A stretch of 63,565 bases of DNA, filler included, from Deltaproteobacteria bacterium (lineage in GTDB: Bacteria > CG2-30-53-67), in assembly GCA_013151235.1 (NCBI GenBank). It is 2 parts of 2 records of this genome, joined end to end, with 100 filler letters (N's around TTAATTAATTAA, not from the genome) between each part and the next. Parts side by side here need not be neighbours in the genome. Positions count along the whole stretch, not along the records: positions 31,813 to 63,565 come from JAADIO010000052.1; 1 more part is not named here. One strand, 5' to 3'. A program made the translations under genes and the position numbers. Within the stretch, counting starts at the first letter, position 1, and every line of letters starts with the position of its first letter. This document shows positions 58,446 through 63,565 of the stretch, piece by piece. The notes beneath the pieces were generated by a model. That model had not been told where the DNA came from. It saw nothing but the letters and a program-made list of their open reading frames with translations, and searched no databases.

Positions 58446-60206
58446 ATGAAAGGTCTCTCGGAAAATGCGCGTCTGGTTCTTGAACAGCGTTATCTCAGGA
58501 GAAACGCCGAAGGAAAGGTGACGGAGACCCCGGAGGAGATGTTCGCCCGGGTGGCCCGGCACGTGGCGGCGGCGGAGGCGGGATACCGCCGGGGCCCTTC
58601 CCCCGCGGAGATGGAGGAGCGGTTCTTCGAGGTGATGACCGGTCTCGACTTCCTCCCGAACTCACCGGCGCTGATGAATGCGGGGACCCGGCTGGGGCAG
58701 CTCTCCGCATGTTTCGTCCTCCCCGTGGAGGATTCGATCCGGGGGATCTTCCGGGCCGTATCCGAGATGGCGCTGATCCATCAGTCCGGCGGGGGGACCG
58801 GATTTTCCTTCTCCCGGCTCCGGCCGGAGGGGGACGTGGTTAGATCCACCGGGGGCGTGGCCTCCGGGCCGGTCTCCTTCATGCAGGTATTCGACCGGGC
58901 GACGGAGGTGGTGAAACAGGGGGGGCGCAGGCGCGGGGCGAACATGGGGATCCTGCGAGTCGATCACCCCGACATCCTCCGCTTCGTGGAGGCCAAGGGC
59001 GACCCCTCCATCCTCACGAATTTCAACCTTTCCGTGGCGGTGACGGACAGGTTCATGAAGGCGGCGCAGAGGGGCGGGGAGATCCCTCTCGTCAATCCCC
59101 GTACCGGCAAGGAGTGCGGCCGGGCCGATGCCGCGTCCCTCTTTGATGCGGTCACCGGCCAGGCCGCGCTGACCGGCGATCCGGGCATCCTCTTCATAGA
59201 CGAGATCAACCGGAGAAACCCCCTTGCCGCGCTGGGACCCCTGGAGGCGACCAACCCCTGCGGCGAACTCCCCCTCTATCCCTACGAGAGCTGCATCTTG
59301 GGTTCAATCAACCTTTCCCGCATGGTCCGGGGCGGGCGGGTAGATTACAAAAAACTCCGCCATGTGATCGAAGTCGGCGTCCGGTTCCTCGACAATATCA
59401 TCGACCTGAACCGCTACCCGATCCCGAAGATCAGGAAGGCGACCCTGGCCAACCGGAAGATCGGTCTCGGCGTGATGGGGTTTGCCGACATGCTGATTCA
59501 GCTCGGGTTCCCCTATGATTCGGCTGAGGCGCTCCGGCTGGCGGGCCGCCTCATGGGTTTTGTCACCTCCGAGGCCCGCCGTGTGTCGGCCGGACTCGCC
59601 CGTGAGCGGGGTCCCTTTCCGAACTATCCCGTGAGCGTATACCCGAAGCGGGGGCTTCCCGAACTCCGGAACGCCACGGTGACGACCGTCGCCCCTGCCG
59701 GCACGACCGGGATCATCGCCGGGACGACGGGGGGCATCGAGCCGCTCTTCGCCGTCGCCTTCTGCCGCCGTCTCCCCGGCGGGAGAAGCCTGGCCGAGGT
59801 GAACCCCCTTTTCGAGCGTGCGGCGTCGGGGAGGCGGTTTCTGACCTCCATGATCCGGGAAGAGATCCTGCGCCGGGGAAGCATACAGGGTATTCGCGGG
59901 ATCCCTGCGGAGGTCCGCCGTCTCTTCCGGACCGCCTTTGATATCGCCCCGGAGGATCATCTCCGTATCCAGGCCGCCTTCCAGAGACATACGGACAACG
60001 CCGTCTCCAAGACGGTCAACCTGCCGGAGGATGCCCCGCCGGAAGATGTGCGGAAGATCTATATAATGGCCCATGCCCTGAAGTGCAAGGGGGTGACCGT
60101 TTACCGCTGCGGGAGCCGGGAGGGTCAGGTACTCAGCCTGCCGGAGGCTGGAGGGATCCCGTCAGGACCGGAATGCGGCGGTGCCTGCCGCCTCTGCGGG
60201 GGCTGA
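58446..60206 (+). CDS. nrdJ: Class II (B12-dependent) ribonucleotide reductase
   Basis: PNSP, SACFV, RRGANM, TNPCGE, APAGT, SKTVN. Confidence 0.92.
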   Translation: MKGLSENARLVLEQRYLRRNAEGKVTETPEEMFARVARHVAAAEAGYRRGPSPAEMEERFFEVMTGLDFLPNSPALMNAGTRLGQLSACFVLPVEDSIRGIFRAVSEMALIHQSGGGTGFSFSRLRPEGDVVRSTGGVASGPVSFMQVFDRATEVVKQGGRRRGANMGILRVDHPDILRFVEAKGDPSILTNFNLSVAVTDRFMKAAQRGGEIPLVNPRTGKECGRADAASLFDAVTGQAALTGDPGILFIDEINRRNPLAALGPLEATNPCGELPLYPYESCILGSINLSRMVRGGRVDYKKLRHVIEVGVRFLDNIIDLNRYPIPKIRKATLANRKIGLGVMGFADMLIQLGFPYDSAEALRLAGRLMGFVTSEARRVSAGLARERGPFPNYPVSVYPKRGLPELRNATVTTVAPAGTTGIIAGTTGGIEPLFAVAFCRRLPGGRSLAEVNPLFERAASGRRFLTSMIREEILRRGSIQGIRGIPAEVRRLFRTAFDIAPEDHLRIQAAFQRHTDNAVSKTVNLPEDAPPEDVRKIYIMAHALKCKGVTVYRCGSREGQVLSLPEAGGIPSGPECGGACRLCGG

Positions 60207-60293
60207 ACCCAGCTGTCCTTTTCGCTTGCCCCCCTTTTGCCATTTCTGATAGAATCTCTCCGCTTGTTCCATCATCGAAAGGGGTTGGTCCTT

Positions 60294-60809
60294 ATGAAAA
60301 AAAATCTTACGAACTTTTTTGAAGGCAAGTCCTTCAATGCCGACGAGGCCGGGAAGATCGCCGTCGCCCTGGAACGCCACGGATTCCGCTTTTATAACGA
60401 CATGAAGGATCGTGTCCGGAATGAAAAGATCCGTCCCGTATTTGCGCAGATGGCGGCGGAGGAGCAGAAGCATATTGCCGACATCGAGGCGCTGCTCGAC
60501 GGTCCCGGCTCCGAATGGTACCTCGACCCGGCCGCCGAGGAGATGGTGCAGCGCTATTTCGAGGACTATCTTGAAGGGAAGCTCTTTCCCGCCGGGAGTG
60601 ACGCGGAATCGGTAGTGATGAAACTCGAAAACGAGATCGCCGCCGTGCGGCTGGCGCTCAACTTCGAGAAGGATGCCGTCGCCTTCTACTCTGATCTGGC
60701 CCGTCTGGCCGACGATGAGGAGACGAAGAAGGCCTTCAGCCTGCTCAGGGAGGTTGAAGAGGGCCATGTCCTGACCCTTTCGGGTCTCCTGGAACTGCTG
60801 GAGGGATGA
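60294..60809 (+). CDS. Ferritin/rubrerythrin-family protein
   Basis: E..G.RFY, EEQKH, EKDAV.FY, EEGH. Confidence 0.85.
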   Translation: MKKNLTNFFEGKSFNADEAGKIAVALERHGFRFYNDMKDRVRNEKIRPVFAQMAAEEQKHIADIEALLDGPGSEWYLDPAAEEMVQRYFEDYLEGKLFPAGSDAESVVMKLENEIAAVRLALNFEKDAVAFYSDLARLADDEETKKAFSLLREVEEGHVLTLSGLLELLEG

Positions 60810-60810
60810 G

Positions 60811-61308
60811 ATGCCGGAGATGCTCGAAATCGTGGACGGCAGGGACCGGGTGATCGGGATCGCCCCGCGGTCGGAATGTCACGGCAACCCTGCCCTGGTC
60901 CACCGCGTGGTCCATGTGCTTGTGGTGAACGGACGGGGAGAGATCCTCCTGCAGAAACGGGCGCCCGACAAGGATATCCAGCCGGGGAAATGGGATACCT
61001 CCGTTGGGGGGCACCTCGATCCGGGAGAGGACTACGACACGGCGGCCGTCAGGGAGATGAAAGAGGAACTCGGGATTGCAGGGGCCGTCCTGAGACGTCT
61101 CTACAGTTACCCGCTGCGGAACGAGGTTGAGTCGGAAAACGTCACGACCTACCTCTGCCGTTACGACGGAGCGATAGACTTCGATCCAGGGGAGATCACC
61201 GAGGTACGCTTCTGGAGCCGGGAGGATATCGAACCGAAGCTCGGCTCGGGGATCTTCACGCCGAACTTTGAAGAGGAATTCCGTTATTTCAAAAATGTTC
61301 AATCCTGA
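60811..61308 (+). CDS. NUDIX hydrolase (YfcD/IDI-like)
   Basis: GGHLDPGE....AVREMKEELG. Confidence 0.9.
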   Translation: MPEMLEIVDGRDRVIGIAPRSECHGNPALVHRVVHVLVVNGRGEILLQKRAPDKDIQPGKWDTSVGGHLDPGEDYDTAAVREMKEELGIAGAVLRRLYSYPLRNEVESENVTTYLCRYDGAIDFDPGEITEVRFWSREDIEPKLGSGIFTPNFEEEFRYFKNVQS

Positions 61309-61510
61309 TGGTGTCGTAAAAAGTTCTTTTCCGGATTCCGTTCATGCTTCGGCAAGCTTCCGGGCATGATGAGCTTGCCGAACCACACGAACGGAATATC
61401 AACGTCTTACACCGTTCGCCCTGAGCGTGCCGAAGGGCCTGTCCTGAGCGTGCCGAAGGGCCTGTCCTGAGCGTGCCGAAGGGCCGAACGGACTTTTTAC
61501 GATTTCATCA
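61306..61510 (+). repeat. Palindromic MITE/REP-like element, full copy with internal 23-bp triplication
   Basis: TGATGGTGTCGTAAAAAGT / ACTTTTTACGATTTCATCA; CCTGAGCGTGCCGAAGGGCC(TGT) three times. Confidence 0.85.
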
Positions 61511-61535
61511 ATTTTTGATTGAACATTTTTGAAAT

Positions 61536-61633
61536 GGGAGAGGATTCGGTGCTGGTGTCCGGCCCGGACTTCAAATCCGGTGGGGCGGCTTAACACCCCG
61601 CCTGGTGGGTTCGATTCCCGCCCTCTCCCGCCA
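61536..61633 (+). tRNA. selC: tRNA-Sec (UCA)
   Basis: 8-bp acceptor GGGAGAGG/CCTCTCCC, anticodon loop CT-TCA-AA, long variable arm, GCCA end. Confidence 0.95.
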
Positions 61634-61686
61634 TTTATTTAATACAGCAATCAGTCGTTAGCAACCAGCATTCAGCGGATCTGCGG

Positions 61687-62820
<1,134 letters not shown>

Positions 62821-62830
62821 TCAAAAACCC

Positions 62831-63139
62831 CTACTTCATCACAGCCAGAATAGACGACTCCGAAATTATATAATACTCCTCCCCGTCAACCTTTATCTCA
62901 TCCGGCCCGTATTTTGAAAAAATAACCGTATCCCCCACCTTCACCCTCATCGGCAAAACCTTTCCATCATCAGTTACTCTTCCTTCCCCCACGGCAACAA
63001 CCTCCCCCTGCTCGGGTTTTTCCTTGCTCGCGGTATCCGGAATGATGATACCTGAAGCGGTCTTTTTGCCCTCATTTTCCGCCGAAGGTTTAACCAATAT
63101 TCTGTCTCCAATCGGAGCAATTTTGTTCTTCGTGCTCAT
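62831..63139 (-). CDS. groS: Co-chaperonin GroES
   Basis: PIGDRILV, SGIIIPDTA.KEKP, VKVGD.V.FSKY. Confidence 0.95.
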   Translation of the reverse strand: MSTKNKIAPIGDRILVKPSAENEGKKTASGIIIPDTASKEKPEQGEVVAVGEGRVTDDGKVLPMRVKVGDTVIFSKYGPDEIKVDGEEYYIISESSILAVMK

Positions 63140-63297
63140 AGCTTTTTATTTTGAACGGCAAAATAAATTCACGCCGGAAAATATTCCGCAATCCAAAATT
63201 TTTATAAAAAATTAACTGATAATCTTGTAAATACAATAAAATTATACTCAAGCTGTAAAAGTTGTCAAACATTGCAGTTATGATATATTAAAAATGT

Positions 63298-63565
63298 ATG
63301 AAAAGAAATATTTTACGATATTTTTCCCTCCCGAAATCAAACCACGGACTTGAAATTGAAATAAAAAAAGGCGCAGGCTTCACGCTCATAGAATTGCTCG
63401 TCGTCATCTCCATCATCAGCCTCCTCGCGAGCATCATCCTCTCCTCACTCAACAACGCCCGCGTCAAAGCGCGCGACGCATACAGAACCCGAACCGTGGA
63501 AGAATACAAAAAAGCGATCTATATGGCATACGACGAAAACGGGAAATACCCGGACCCGGGCTCAG
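63298..63565 (+). CDS. Type IV pilin-like protein (partial, CPR-like)
   Basis: G|FTLIELLVVISIISLLASIILSSLNNARVKARDA; runs off the window edge. Confidence 0.88.
   Translation, partial: MKRNILRYFSLPKSNHGLEIEIKKGAGFTLIELLVVISIISLLASIILSSLNNARVKARDAYRTRTVEEYKKAIYMAYDENGKYPDPGS

Noticed and set aside
57249-61308. Selenoproteins near selC
   Set aside because: I found no in-frame UGA at a conserved Cys position with a convincing SECIS (checked by eye only)

Overview
The window is mostly GC-rich chromosomal DNA from an anaerobic deltaproteobacterium-like organism (TIGR04442 protein, glgA/galT, nrdJ, selC) and looks like a metagenome-type assembly. An artificial N44-TTAATTAATTAA-N44 linker at 31713-31812 divides it. 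Left part (1-29.8 kb): housekeeping genes, including a GAF kinase/response regulator, glgA, galT, dciA, rpoH, hsp20, feoB-dtxR, nadE, ssb, tRNA-Leu, a ClC protein and pcrA. An AT-rich integron cassette remnant with two attC sites follows. Right part: a frameshifted Gly-rich repeat surface protein, tex, and a metal/anion stress island (ArsR-feoB2, copA, a YHS-TrxB-like protein, ArsR-P1B ATPase, a MerR cluster). The most notable element lies inside this island. A canonical fluoride riboswitch with a visible terminator/antiterminator heads a 7-gene energy-converting-hydrogenase-related (Ehr) operon. Its large subunit lacks all four NiFe cysteines, and an ArsB/NhaD-type permease gene sits inside the operon. 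It is a candidate fluoride-response membrane system. After nrdJ and tRNA-Sec the sequence switches abruptly to CPR/Patescibacteria-like DNA (truncated groEL, groES, pilin), probably a chimeric join. All calls come from reading motifs by eye; no database searches were run.
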